Positions 1-9,431 of a DNA stretch of 64,000 nucleotides are shown in pieces. The stretch spans positions 12,212 to 76,211 of the forward strand of contig JBDRNE010000115.1 in the NCBI GenBank assembly GCA_043811395.1. Direction: 5' to 3'. The position numbers and the translations under genes were made by a program. Origin of the DNA: Candidatus Omnitrophota bacterium. GTDB lineage: Bacteria > Omnitrophota > Gorgyraeia > Tantalellales > Tantalellaceae. The first letter of the stretch is position 1, and each line of letters begins with the position of its first letter. The notes beneath the pieces were generated by a model. It had not been told where the DNA came from and searched no databases. It saw only the letters and a list, made by a program, of their open reading frames with translations.

Positions 1-28
1 TGAGATATAAACCTAAAACAATAAGCAG

Positions 29-1039
29 GTGAAAATGATGTTTTTCAAGTCAAAAACGTATTGTACCAAAATTATGGGTTTTTTGTTTATTTTCAGCATG
101 GGAATAATTTGCCAGAGAGGACATGCGGATACAATTGTGCTGAAAAATGATGAACCAGTAAAAGGCGTAGTGGTTGAATCGTTTAAAGACCGAGTAGTTG
201 TCTCAACGATGGATGGGGAGAAAGTGATAATGCGGACTGATATTAATCAGCTCGTATATGACAGAGAAGAGCAGAATCTTGTTAGTCTTGCCGAGTTTTA
301 TCAGGATAAAGAGCAATTCAGCAAGGCGTATTATTGTTATAGCAAAGCTCTTGGAATTAATCCTGAGTATAAAAAAGCCAAGGAAGGGCTTCATTATGTT
401 GGCGTTTATGTTATTAACTCTGACCGCCGGCAGAAACTGGACCATGTTCAGAAAATGAATGAAGGAGAAAAGGAAAGACAAGGAATTATTAAAGAAAACA
501 TAGTGCAGGATAAAAGCCAAAAATTAAAAGATACCCTTGGGTTAGTTTTGTCTAAAGTACAGCAAAATTCAGTAGTTTCGGAGGTGGTTAAGGGAACACC
601 CGCGGCAAAAGCAGGCGTACAAAAAGGGGATATAATTTTTGCGGCATGGGGAAGGTCTGCCGGTTATATGGATTCTGAAGAGATTCTGGACAGGCTTCTT
701 AGCCCATTAATGGATGTTCAGATTACTATTGAACGGGATTATAAGATTTATCTTGAAGATTCAGTAGAAAAATATGGGAATAAAGCCGGTATAAAATTGG
801 GGTATTCAGAAATGGAAGGCATGGGTGTTGAGGATTTAGCGGCTCGCGGCGCGGCGAGCGAAGCAGGAATTCAGACTGGGGACATAGTGGTAGAGGTGCA
901 AGGGCAATCCGTGAGATATATGACAATCCAGGAAGTGGACAGCATAATAAATTCTCAAAAAATGAAGGAACTTTCTCTGAAGATAAAAAGAGATGTAGTT
1001 ATTTGGAAAAACCTAGAAGAGACAAAAACAGTATTTTAA
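29..1039 (+). CDS. Exported TPR- and tandem PDZ-domain protein
   Basis: Hydrophobic signal-like N-terminus; one TPR-like repeat (AYYCYSKALGINPEYKKAKEGL); two PDZ signatures (GTPAAKAGVQKGDII, GAASEAGIQTGDIVVEV). Start codon uncertain. Confidence 0.7.
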   Translation: MKMMFFKSKTYCTKIMGFLFIFSMGIICQRGHADTIVLKNDEPVKGVVVESFKDRVVVSTMDGEKVIMRTDINQLVYDREEQNLVSLAEFYQDKEQFSKAYYCYSKALGINPEYKKAKEGLHYVGVYVINSDRRQKLDHVQKMNEGEKERQGIIKENIVQDKSQKLKDTLGLVLSKVQQNSVVSEVVKGTPAAKAGVQKGDIIFAAWGRSAGYMDSEEILDRLLSPLMDVQITIERDYKIYLEDSVEKYGNKAGIKLGYSEMEGMGVEDLAARGAASEAGIQTGDIVVEVQGQSVRYMTIQEVDSIINSQKMKELSLKIKRDVVIWKNLEETKTVF

Positions 1040-1074
1040 CTTGTGGTTGCGGTATTACAATAACGGAGGAGTAA

Positions 1075-1611
1075 ATGGCAAACAAAAAATTCAGAAGGAA
1101 ACGTTATATTATACTTTTGGGGTTTCAGCTCAAATATATTTTGTATATCCTGCTATTTATTTACATTGGTGCGGCAGTTGCCGGATATACCGTTTATTGG
1201 ACAACCTGGGTAACTTTGGGCGAGAAGTTGGCAAATGTGTATCCGCGAAGCAGGCTGATTTATATATTTCATGACGCGAATATGACTCTTCTCATTAGAA
1301 TGTTGATTATTACCCCTATTTTTATTCTTATCGGGATTTTTTTGTCACATAGAATAGCCGGCCCAATCTACAGGATAAGTAAGTATCTTGATGCATTAAA
1401 AGTTGGTGACTATTCACATGATGTAACTTTGAGAAAGAAAGATGAATTAAAAAATTTGGCCGGAAAATTGACGGAATTATGCCGAAAATTGCGTGAAGAC
1501 AAAGAAAAGAATAAGAACATAATAAAAGAAATAGAAGGCTTGCTTGATAAAAGCGAAATCCCTTTTGATGTCTCTGAAAGGATCAAAACAGAAGTGCGCC
1601 GGATTTCTTAA
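1075..1611 (+). CDS. Small two-TM membrane protein with HAMP-like domain
   Basis: Two hydrophobic helices followed by HAMP-like SHRIAGPIYRI...GDYS...LRKKDELKNLA; GGAGGAG RBS upstream. Confidence 0.7.
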   Translation: MANKKFRRKRYIILLGFQLKYILYILLFIYIGAAVAGYTVYWTTWVTLGEKLANVYPRSRLIYIFHDANMTLLIRMLIITPIFILIGIFLSHRIAGPIYRISKYLDALKVGDYSHDVTLRKKDELKNLAGKLTELCRKLREDKEKNKNIIKEIEGLLDKSEIPFDVSERIKTEVRRIS

Positions 1612-1630
1612 ATAGGGACGTCACCCATTT
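1609..1630. repeat. Left inverted repeat of RAYT element (itself an imperfect palindrome)
   Basis: TAAATAGGGACGTCACCCATTT; its first 3 nt are the TAA stop of ORF 1075..1611. Confidence 0.85.
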
Positions 1631-1656
1631 AATTAAAAAAACAAAACGTAGAATAA

Positions 1657-2319
1657 TCATTTAATCATAGGTCGTCCTCTGGGGCGTGATGTCAGGGGCC
1701 GACCTAATTTATTTTCCAACATTTTAAAAAAAGTTTTATTTCCTAGAGGTTTTCCCAATAAGGTATGTTTGTTAATTGTTTCTATCAATTCTTTTGAAGG
1801 TTCTAGTTTTAGATCTTCTCTCCAGTTTTGGGGGTCCAATACTTTTTTACTTGGTGATAAAGAAATAATTCCTTGTTCGATGTTGAGATGATCTCTCGCA
1901 CTAGACCATTTCCAATCCTCGAGGTTTTTGACAAGTTGTGCCCGTATGGGATTAAGCTCAATATATTGTGTTACAATATAACTATGTTGTTCATCAAGCG
2001 GACAAGAAAAAAAACGACTTTGCCAGAGATGTCCTACTTTTTTATATTTTTTATTGAAATATTGAGTATAACACATTTGGGTATAATTGAATGTCTTGGA
2101 AAAAGAGTCGGCTTGTTTCGGGATAGCTTTAACATGGATGTGGTTAGGCATAAGAGCGTATGAAGAAATATCGAGATAATATTTAGTTTTATGTTTTTCA
2201 AGTAGTGTAAGATATCGGATGTAGTCCTCATCATCAAAAAAAGTGGTAGTTTTATTGTTTCCTCTCTGAGTTATATGATGGGGAACTCCTAAAACAACAA
2301 TGCGTGCAGTTCGAGGCAT
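1657..2319 (-). CDS. REP-associated tyrosine transposase-like protein (Y1_Tnp, IS200/IS605 HUH superfamily)
   Basis: MPRxAR...HHITQRGNN N-terminus, HUH motif LMPNHIH, GHLWQSRF, catalytic Tyr in YIELNP, WxWSS, C-terminal RPRGRP; GAAAGGAG RBS. Confidence 0.9.
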   Translation of the reverse strand: MPRTARIVVLGVPHHITQRGNNKTTTFFDDEDYIRYLTLLEKHKTKYYLDISSYALMPNHIHVKAIPKQADSFSKTFNYTQMCYTQYFNKKYKKVGHLWQSRFFSCPLDEQHSYIVTQYIELNPIRAQLVKNLEDWKWSSARDHLNIEQGIISLSPSKKVLDPQNWREDLKLEPSKELIETINKHTLLGKPLGNKTFFKMLENKLGRPLTSRPRGRPMIK

Positions 2320-2344
2320 AATGGCTCCTTTCGTAATTTTAACA

Positions 2345-2381
2345 AAATAGGTGACGTCCCTATTTATACGTCCCTATTTAT
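2345..2381. repeat. Right inverted repeat of RAYT element plus 14-bp tandem duplication
   Basis: AAATAGGTGACGTCCCTATTTA (2345-2366); ACGTCCCTATTTAT occurs at 2354-2367 and again at 2368-2381. Confidence 0.85.
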
Positions 2382-3910
2382 ACCCATAAGTTTTTGTCTA
2401 GAGAACGGTATCCGATTGCCTCGGAAATGTGAGGCGTGTCTATAGTTTCTGAATTTGCCATATCGGCGATAGTTCGTGATATTTTTAGGATTTTGTCATA
2501 TGCTCGTGCGCTAATGCCGAGTTCAAGTATTGCTTTTTTTAGTAATGCTTCAGCTGTCGATGTTAGCGGGCAAAACATTTCAATGTCTTTTTGGGACATA
2601 TAAGCATTATAAGCAGAGGATCTTTTTTTGTTTTTAAAACGATTGTTTTGCAACTGTCGGTTTGCGGTTACCCGTTTTTTTATGTTCTCTGAATTTTCAC
2701 CCGTTCTCTTTTTTGATAAATCTGTGTAATCAAGACGGGGCACTTCAAGGTGTAAATCAATTCTGTCTAAAAGAGGTCCAGATATTTTTGAAAGATAACG
2801 TTGTATCTGGTAAGGTGAACATTGGCATTTTTTTAATTTGTCCGTAAAATAGCCGCATGGGCAGGGGTTCATGGCGGCGATAAGAACAAAACGTGATGGA
2901 TATTGGAGTGAACGCTGAGCTCTTGCTATTGTTATTTTTCCGGATTCAAGGGGTTGGCGCAGAGTTTCTAAGACGTCTCGGCGGAATTCCGGAAACTCAT
3001 CGAGAAAAAGAACTCCGTTATGCGCGAGGCTAATTTCACCTGGAAGCGGGTATGATCCGCCTCCTGCCATTGCCGCGTATGAAATCGTGTGGTGTGGAGA
3101 ACGAAAAGGCCGTTCTCTTATTAAGCCGGAATTTTTTGTTTGTCCGGTTACGCTGTAAATATTAGTTGTTTCGAGCGATTCCTTGAGGGAAAGATCCGGC
3201 AGGATAGAAGGGAACCGTTTTGCCAGCATGCTTTTTCCGGAACCCGGCGGGCCGAGGAGAAGAACATTGTGATTTCCGCTTGCGGCAACTTCAAGCCCAC
3301 GTTTTATATGGTGTTGACCCTTTACATCTTTAAAATCTAATTCGGTTTGAGAATTAGTATTAAAATATGTGTTTTTATTTATAACTGTTTGTGTTAAAGG
3401 TGTGATTTTTTTTAAGTGATCAATTACTTCGCGAAGGTTTCCTGCGCCATATACTGATATGTTATCTATGTTGGCGGCTTCAAGCGCGTTAGCGGTAGGT
3501 AGTATAAATGTTTTAAATTTGGTGTTTAAAGACATGGCTATTGGTAAGGCGCCCCGGAAATGTTTAAGTTTTCCGTTTAGGGAAAGTTCTCCGCAGAACA
3601 ATATGTTGTCAAGTTCTTCCTGTTTAAGCGCGGAAGTGGCTCCAAGTATGCCCAACGCTATTGGCAGGTCAAATCCTACGCCTTCTTTTTTTATGTCAGC
3701 CGGGGAAAGATTAACTGTTATTCTTGTTTCAGGAAAAGCAAATCCTGAATTTTTGATGGCGGAACGAATTCTGTTCCGACTCTCCCTTATTGAAGCATCG
3801 GGAAGGCCTACTACTAAAAAAGAAGGCATACCGTTTGTAACATCTACTTCAACGTCAACAGCCTGAGCGTTTACACCAATGACATATCCGGAATTTACTT
3901 TAGCAAGCAT
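2378..3910 (-). CDS. comM: YifB/ComM family Mg-chelatase-like AAA+ ATPase
   Basis: IVGLPD-like VVGLPDASIRESRNR, NLSPADIKKEG, Walker A GPPGSGKS, PFRSPHH, GEISLAHNGVLFLDE, AAMNPCPCG, ISGPLLDRID. Confidence 0.95.
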   Translation of the reverse strand: MLAKVNSGYVIGVNAQAVDVEVDVTNGMPSFLVVGLPDASIRESRNRIRSAIKNSGFAFPETRITVNLSPADIKKEGVGFDLPIALGILGATSALKQEELDNILFCGELSLNGKLKHFRGALPIAMSLNTKFKTFILPTANALEAANIDNISVYGAGNLREVIDHLKKITPLTQTVINKNTYFNTNSQTELDFKDVKGQHHIKRGLEVAASGNHNVLLLGPPGSGKSMLAKRFPSILPDLSLKESLETTNIYSVTGQTKNSGLIRERPFRSPHHTISYAAMAGGGSYPLPGEISLAHNGVLFLDEFPEFRRDVLETLRQPLESGKITIARAQRSLQYPSRFVLIAAMNPCPCGYFTDKLKKCQCSPYQIQRYLSKISGPLLDRIDLHLEVPRLDYTDLSKKRTGENSENIKKRVTANRQLQNNRFKNKKRSSAYNAYMSQKDIEMFCPLTSTAEALLKKAILELGISARAYDKILKISRTIADMANSETIDTPHISEAIGYRSLDKNLWV

Positions 3911-3931
3911 AATTGACTCCTTTTGTGCGTT

Positions 3932-4387
3932 TTACAACATTGAGCTTGTTATTATGTTTTTTAAATGTTTAAGTATTTGAAAATTTTTTTGTGAATCCAA
4001 TTTAATGGCAATACCGTCAATGCGGTAATAGTCCATTGATAATTTGTGTTGTTTAAGATAAAACAAACAATTATTCAATATATGTTTTTGTTTAGTTGTT
4101 GTTATCGAGCTAAACGCGTTTCCAAATTTTTCCGATGTACGGGTTTTTATTTCAAAAAATACAATAAAATTAGCGTGTTGCGTGACTATATCAATTTCTC
4201 CGAAAGGGGTTCTGAAGTTTTTGTTTAAAATTTTATACCCATTTAAAATCAAAAATGTTTCCGCGATTTTTTCACCTAACTTACCGATTTGGTTGAGTGA
4301 GTTGATAGATGTAGGTGTATTGAAAATGTGATTTAAATAGTTAGATGGTTTTAAAAAGCGGTGTATTTTTAACCCGTTTATTTTCAT
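3932..4387 (-). CDS. yraN: YraN (UPF0102) family PD-(D/E)XK nuclease
   Basis: GKLGEKIA, NFRTPFGEIDIV, FFEIKTR, YRIDGIAI; adjacent to comM. Confidence 0.85.
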   Translation of the reverse strand: MKINGLKIHRFLKPSNYLNHIFNTPTSINSLNQIGKLGEKIAETFLILNGYKILNKNFRTPFGEIDIVTQHANFIVFFEIKTRTSEKFGNAFSSITTTKQKHILNNCLFYLKQHKLSMDYYRIDGIAIKLDSQKNFQILKHLKNIITSSML

Positions 4388-4995
4388 AGATATCCTCTAT
4401 ATTTTCGCAAAAGGGTTTTTAAATTTTTCCGAGCACGATTAATTAATGTCGCGACAGTACCCTTTGGAATACGCAGTATTTCCGCGATTTCTTTGTATTT
4501 TTTGTTGTCATAAAAATAAAATTTTAAAACCAATTGCTGTCGATATTCCAGTTTAGATATTGTCTTGGATAAAATAGCGCGAAGTTCTTTGGTGTCTAAA
4601 AAAATTTCTGTATTAAATGAATCCGATGCTAAAGTTTTTATGAGAGCAGTTTGTTTGTGGTTAAGGCGGATATCATTATCTAATGAAATCGCATTTCTCG
4701 AGTTGCGATAAGTTTTTTCTTTGCAATAGTTTGAAGTTGCATTAAGGGAGATTATTATCAGCCAGTTTTCTAAGCAGGATATTTTCTGAATACTTTTTAA
4801 TTTATTTTTTTTCCATATTCGGAAAAATATTTCTTGAATAATATCCTGACGTTCACTTTTTGTGAATTTCAGACCAAGCTGGTTCAATTTGTAATTTACG
4901 CTTTTCGCGATGAGGTTAGTGTACGCATTTACAAACGATGTCCAGGCGTTTTGGTCTCGGTTTACGCATTCTAGTAAAAGGGTTTGAGTGTCCAT
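4384..4995 (-). CDS. ECF-type RNA polymerase sigma-70 factor
   Basis: Sigma2 (AWTSFVNAY...QDIIQEIFFRIW...WLIII) and sigma4 (YKEIAEILRIPKGTVATLINRARKNL); ATGA overlap with yraN. Confidence 0.9.
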   Translation of the reverse strand: MDTQTLLLECVNRDQNAWTSFVNAYTNLIAKSVNYKLNQLGLKFTKSERQDIIQEIFFRIWKKNKLKSIQKISCLENWLIIISLNATSNYCKEKTYRNSRNAISLDNDIRLNHKQTALIKTLASDSFNTEIFLDTKELRAILSKTISKLEYRQQLVLKFYFYDNKKYKEIAEILRIPKGTVATLINRARKNLKTLLRKYRGYL

Positions 4996-5002
4996 GGGGA
5001 GC

Positions 5003-5032
5003 AGTATACGCCCTCATTGATTTAAAATCAAT
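5003..5032 (-). promoter_or_regulatory. Sigma70-type promoter of the ECF sigma gene (probably leaderless) with an overlapping palindrome
   Basis: Minus strand: TTGATT-17nt-TATACT, then 7 nt, then the ATG; no Shine-Dalgarno. Perfect inverted repeat ATTGATTT-A-AAATCAAT at 5016-5032 covers the -35. Confidence 0.55.
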
Positions 5033-5242
5033 ATATTTTTAATTTTTCACGAAATAAGTTATTCTGTTTTCTTGTCTTTCGCACGGTCAGTATGGGGTCC
5101 GGAAAGCTTTTCAGAATAAAAAAAGCATAATTATGTTGGAATTTTGTTAATACATAGTATAATTATGACTGTATTAAAGAAATCAGCAAAAATACAGTCT
5201 TAGTTCGTTTTACGGACAATGAAATATAAACCGGAGGTGAAA

Positions 5243-5617
5243 ATGTCGCTTGTAGTGAAAATTACAAAACAAGGCAATACTTGTTTTATAGAGCCCGTTG
5301 GTGTTATTGATACTGAGACTTCAAAAACTTTTGATGAAAAAATACAAGAACAAATAGATGAGTCAATACAGGTTCTTGTGTTAAATTTGGAAGGTGTGGA
5401 GTATATAAGCAGTATGGGGCTAAGTATGATAGTAAAGGCGAAAAAGCGGATTGAAGAAGTGAAGGGTGTTTTTATGATGACCAATCTTCAGCCACAGATA
5501 CAAAAAGTTTTTAAAGTAGTCAAAGCGCTTCCAGGGTTGAATATATTTAAAAGTATGAAAGAAGCGGATGCCTATCTTGATAGTGTTCAAAAGGGAGATT
5601 TGAAAACCCGAAAATAG
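5243..5617 (+). CDS. STAS domain anti-sigma factor antagonist
   Basis: GVIDTETS, LVLNLEGVEYISSMGL, NLQPQIQKVF; GGAGG RBS favours the ATG at 5243. Confidence 0.85.
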   Translation: MSLVVKITKQGNTCFIEPVGVIDTETSKTFDEKIQEQIDESIQVLVLNLEGVEYISSMGLSMIVKAKKRIEEVKGVFMMTNLQPQIQKVFKVVKALPGLNIFKSMKEADAYLDSVQKGDLKTRK

Positions 5618-5664
5618 AGGTAGAAATTTTATTAATAAATATGTAAGTTTCGGCTATTAATAGT

Positions 5665-7404
5665 ATGAATAACAAAGAGGTCGCTACAGTTTTTTTACGC
5701 ATAGCGGACGCGCTTGAAATCAAAGGCGAAAATGTTTTCAAAATACGCGCTTATCGGCGTGCCGCGCAAAATGTGGCAGATCTTTCACGTCAGGTAGAAG
5801 ATATTTATAAAGAAAACCCTTCAAAATTAAATGACATTCCAGGAATAGGCAAGGATCTTAAAGAAAAAATTGTGGAAATGATTCAAGTTTCACGTTTGAA
5901 GTATTACGATGATCTTATGAAAGAATTCCCGGAAGGATTTCTCGAACTACTTAACATCTCAGGATTGGGTCCCAAGAAACTTAAAAAACTTAAAGATGAG
6001 TTAGCTATCAATAACGTGGATGATTTGGAGAAAGCGTGCAAGAAAGGCGAGTTGTCGCGGATCGAAGGTATGGGAGAGAAAACCGGGCAGAAACTTTTGT
6101 CAGCTATACAATATTTTCGTGAAAAACAAGGAAGGTTTCTTTTGCCAGAAGCGGAAGACTTTGCGGATAGAATAGTTGAATATTTAAAGAAATCAGGTAA
6201 TTTTAAAAAGATTGAAATCGCTGGAAGCTTGCGCCGTGGCAGGGAGACGATAAAAGATGTGGATATCCTGGCCGTAGCCAAATCAGCGGAAAAAGCAATG
6301 GATTATTTTGTTAGTTTTCCGTCTGTAAAAAATGTAATAGCCAAAGGGCCGACAAAATCAAGCATTGTAATTAAAGAAGGCGCGCAAATAGATCTCAGGA
6401 TAGTGGATGAAGCTAGTTTTGGCGCGGCGTTAGTATATTTTACAGGATCAAAAGCACATAATATTAAAATACGAAAAATAGCGAAAGAGAAAAATTATAA
6501 AGTAAATGAGTATGGTGTGTTTGCCGTTAATTATTTAAAGAATAAAGAGACAAAAGTTGCCGGCAAAACCGAAGATGGAGTTTATCGTAAGTTAGGTATG
6601 GAGTGGTGCGCTCCAGAACTTCGTGAAGACCAAGGAGAAGTAGAGGCCGCGCTTGGGGGTGCGCTCCCGCGGAACCTTATACAATTAAAAGACATAAAAG
6701 GGGATTTGCATTCTCATACTACGGAAACAGATGGAAGCCGGACTATAAAGGAAATGGTATTAGCGGCTAAAAGAAAAGGATACCGTTATTTTGCCGTGAC
6801 GGATCATTCGAAAAACGTGCGGATTGCGAATGGGATGGACGAAAAGAGGTTGTTAAAACATATAGAAAATATAAAAAAAACAGCGCGGACAATAAAAGGG
6901 GTAAAAGTCTTAACGGGGGTGGAGGTCGATATTCTTGAAGATGGAAAACTTGATATAGAAGATTATGTCTTAAAAGAACTGGATATAGTGATTGCCGCGG
7001 TCCATTCAAAGTTCGGGTTAGATAAAGAGAAACAAACAAATCGTATACTTCGAGCAATGGATAATAAATATGTTAATATTCTTGCGCATCCATCGGGGCG
7101 ACTTATAACGACGCGGAAGCCGATACAGGCTGATTTTGATAAAATTTTTTTAAGAGCAGTGGAAAATAATATTTGTTTGGAAATAAATACGCATGGAGAA
7201 CGTATTGATTTAAATGATTTACATTGCCGCAGGGCAAAAGAATTTGGTGCTAAATTTGCAATTAACACCGACGCGCATGACGCGTTTGAGCTTGATGAAA
7301 TAAAATACGGAGTAGTGACAGCGCGTAGAGCTTGGCTTGAAAAAAAAGATGTGATAAATACGTATGCAGTTGATAAATTAACCAGAACACTTAAAAGAGG
7401 TTAG
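5665..7404 (+). CDS. polX: DNA polymerase X / PHP 3'-5' exonuclease
   Basis: HhH motifs IPGIGK and ISGLGPKK, GSLRRG...DVDIL, YFTGS; PHP motifs DLHSHT..DG, TDHS, AHPSGR, INTDAH. Confidence 0.95.
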   Translation: MNNKEVATVFLRIADALEIKGENVFKIRAYRRAAQNVADLSRQVEDIYKENPSKLNDIPGIGKDLKEKIVEMIQVSRLKYYDDLMKEFPEGFLELLNISGLGPKKLKKLKDELAINNVDDLEKACKKGELSRIEGMGEKTGQKLLSAIQYFREKQGRFLLPEAEDFADRIVEYLKKSGNFKKIEIAGSLRRGRETIKDVDILAVAKSAEKAMDYFVSFPSVKNVIAKGPTKSSIVIKEGAQIDLRIVDEASFGAALVYFTGSKAHNIKIRKIAKEKNYKVNEYGVFAVNYLKNKETKVAGKTEDGVYRKLGMEWCAPELREDQGEVEAALGGALPRNLIQLKDIKGDLHSHTTETDGSRTIKEMVLAAKRKGYRYFAVTDHSKNVRIANGMDEKRLLKHIENIKKTARTIKGVKVLTGVEVDILEDGKLDIEDYVLKELDIVIAAVHSKFGLDKEKQTNRILRAMDNKYVNILAHPSGRLITTRKPIQADFDKIFLRAVENNICLEINTHGERIDLNDLHCRRAKEFGAKFAINTDAHDAFELDEIKYGVVTARRAWLEKKDVINTYAVDKLTRTLKRG

Positions 7405-7428
7405 GGTGCGCGTTTCTTGAAAACAAAT

Positions 7429-9426
7429 ATGGCAAAAGACAAAAATATAAATAAAAGAATTAGTGAACTTAGGGAGATGATACTAAGACATAATGACCTC
7501 TATTACATAGATGGACTGCCAGAAATTTCTGACAATAAATATGATGAATTAGTCAGAGAACTGAAGGCTTTAGAACTTCAATATCCCGAATATGTTTCAT
7601 CGGATTCTCCTACCCAAACTGTCGGGGCTCCGATCCCTGACAAATTTGAAAAAGTGCAACATGTTACGCCCATGCTTAGCCTCGAAAGCATAAATGATTC
7701 TCTAGGCGCGAATCATTTCGATCAGGTATGTGTGAAAGAATTGGGTGAAAGTATTGATTATTTATGCGAGCCCAAACTTGACGGGCTTAGCGTAGAGCTT
7801 GTTTACGAAAATGGTATTTTTACCCGCGCCGCGACTCGCGGAGATGGCATGACTGGTGAAGAGGTTACGCTTAATGTGCGGACTATCGGGAATGTGCCTA
7901 AACGCTTGAAAAGCAGTGACGCACCTAAACACCTTGCTGTTCGTGGCGAAGTTATGATGCACATAAAAGATTTTCAGGAATTAAATAAAAGACGGATAGA
8001 ACAAAACGGGGATGTTTTTGCCAATCCGCGTAATGTAGCGGCAGGATCAATGCGGCAGTTGGATGCTCGCGTAACCGCACGGAGAAAACTTCATGTTTAT
8101 TGTTATCAGATACTAGCATTTTCTGGAAACGCGCCGACAACACAATTTGAGGCGATGAAGTTATTAAAACAAATGGGGTTTGATGTTTCACCGAATATGA
8201 AACATTGCCGAAATATCGAAGAGGTAAAAGAATATCATCACAATATGGAAGCAGTGCGAGACGATCTTAACTATGAAATTGATGGTATTGTTGTAAAAGT
8301 TAATAAAATTAAATTTCAGGAAAAATTGGGAACAAGAACCACAAATCCTAAATGGGCAGTTGCTTATAAATTTAAACCGCGAAAAGAAATTACACGTTTG
8401 GAGGATATTATTGTTCAAGTTGGGCGTACAGGAGTTATTACTCCTTTGGCTTTACTCCAGGCGGTTGAAGTGGGAGGCGTGACAGTTTCAAGAGCAACAC
8501 TTCACAATATGGATCAAATAAAAAAATTAGGTGTAAAGATCGGTGATTACGTGAAGCTTCACAGAGCCGGAGACGTTATTCCCTATATCGCGGAAGTAGT
8601 AAAAGAGAAAAGGACGGGGAAGGAAAAAGAATTTCATATGCCGTCAAAGTGTCCCAGTTGCGGCGCTAAGGTAGAATGGGAAAATGTTTTTTGTCGGTGT
8701 CCGGCCGGGCTCGCGTGCCCAGCTCAACTAAAAGAAACGATCATACATTACACTTCTAAAGGAGCGGCAAATATTGACGGATTTTCCGTAAAAACAGTGG
8801 AGCTATTATATTCCAAAGGGCTTATCCGCAATATCTCAGATATATATTCGTTAAACAGTAGTGATTTATTAAAGCTTGAGGGCTGGAAAGAGAAAAGAAC
8901 AAATAATCTTTTAGAGGCAATCGAAAAATCTAAAAACATTGCGTTAGATAGATTCATTTTCGGTCTGGGGATTAGGAATGTAGGGAAACATATCGCATTT
9001 CTTTTAGCCAAAAGGTTTGGGAATTTAGAAAATATTATTTCAGCAGATAGAGATAGAATAGTTGCGGTAAAAGAAATAGGCCCTGAAATAACAGATAGCA
9101 TAATAGATTTTTTTAATGTCTCGGAAAACATAAAGGAAATAAAACGTTTGAAAAATGCCGGAGTTGTTGTCGTGGAAAGCAAATTAGTTTCAAAAGGTAG
9201 GTTGCTTGAAAAAAAATTCGTTTTTACAGGAACCCTTGAAAAGTTGACCCGGCAGGAAGCAAAAGATTTAGTAGAATCGAAAGGCGGGGAAGTTGTTTCG
9301 AGTGTAGGTAAGGATGTTGATTTTGTTGTTGCCGGGAAAAAAGCTGGCTCCAAGTTGAAGAAGGCGAAAGAAAAAGATATAAAAGTCCTGTCGGAAGAAG
9401 AGTTTATGAAGTTAGTTGGCCGATAA
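7429..9426 (+). CDS. ligA: NAD-dependent DNA ligase
   Basis: EPKLDG adenylation motif, TRGDG, FANPRN, DGIVVK, QVGRTG, C4 zinc finger, HhH and BRCT domains. Confidence 0.97.
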   Translation: MAKDKNINKRISELREMILRHNDLYYIDGLPEISDNKYDELVRELKALELQYPEYVSSDSPTQTVGAPIPDKFEKVQHVTPMLSLESINDSLGANHFDQVCVKELGESIDYLCEPKLDGLSVELVYENGIFTRAATRGDGMTGEEVTLNVRTIGNVPKRLKSSDAPKHLAVRGEVMMHIKDFQELNKRRIEQNGDVFANPRNVAAGSMRQLDARVTARRKLHVYCYQILAFSGNAPTTQFEAMKLLKQMGFDVSPNMKHCRNIEEVKEYHHNMEAVRDDLNYEIDGIVVKVNKIKFQEKLGTRTTNPKWAVAYKFKPRKEITRLEDIIVQVGRTGVITPLALLQAVEVGGVTVSRATLHNMDQIKKLGVKIGDYVKLHRAGDVIPYIAEVVKEKRTGKEKEFHMPSKCPSCGAKVEWENVFCRCPAGLACPAQLKETIIHYTSKGAANIDGFSVKTVELLYSKGLIRNISDIYSLNSSDLLKLEGWKEKRTNNLLEAIEKSKNIALDRFIFGLGIRNVGKHIAFLLAKRFGNLENIISADRDRIVAVKEIGPEITDSIIDFFNVSENIKEIKRLKNAGVVVVESKLVSKGRLLEKKFVFTGTLEKLTRQEAKDLVESKGGEVVSSVGKDVDFVVAGKKAGSKLKKAKEKDIKVLSEEEFMKLVGR

Positions 9427-9431
9427 AGAAA

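Larger units (their letters stand above)
1609..2381. mobile_element. Inverted-repeat-bounded RAYT-like (HUH/Y1) transposase element
   Basis: Y1 transposase ORF enclosed by inverted repeats 1609-1630 and 2345-2366 (21/22 identical when one is reverse-complemented), inserted between convergent genes. Confidence 0.8.
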
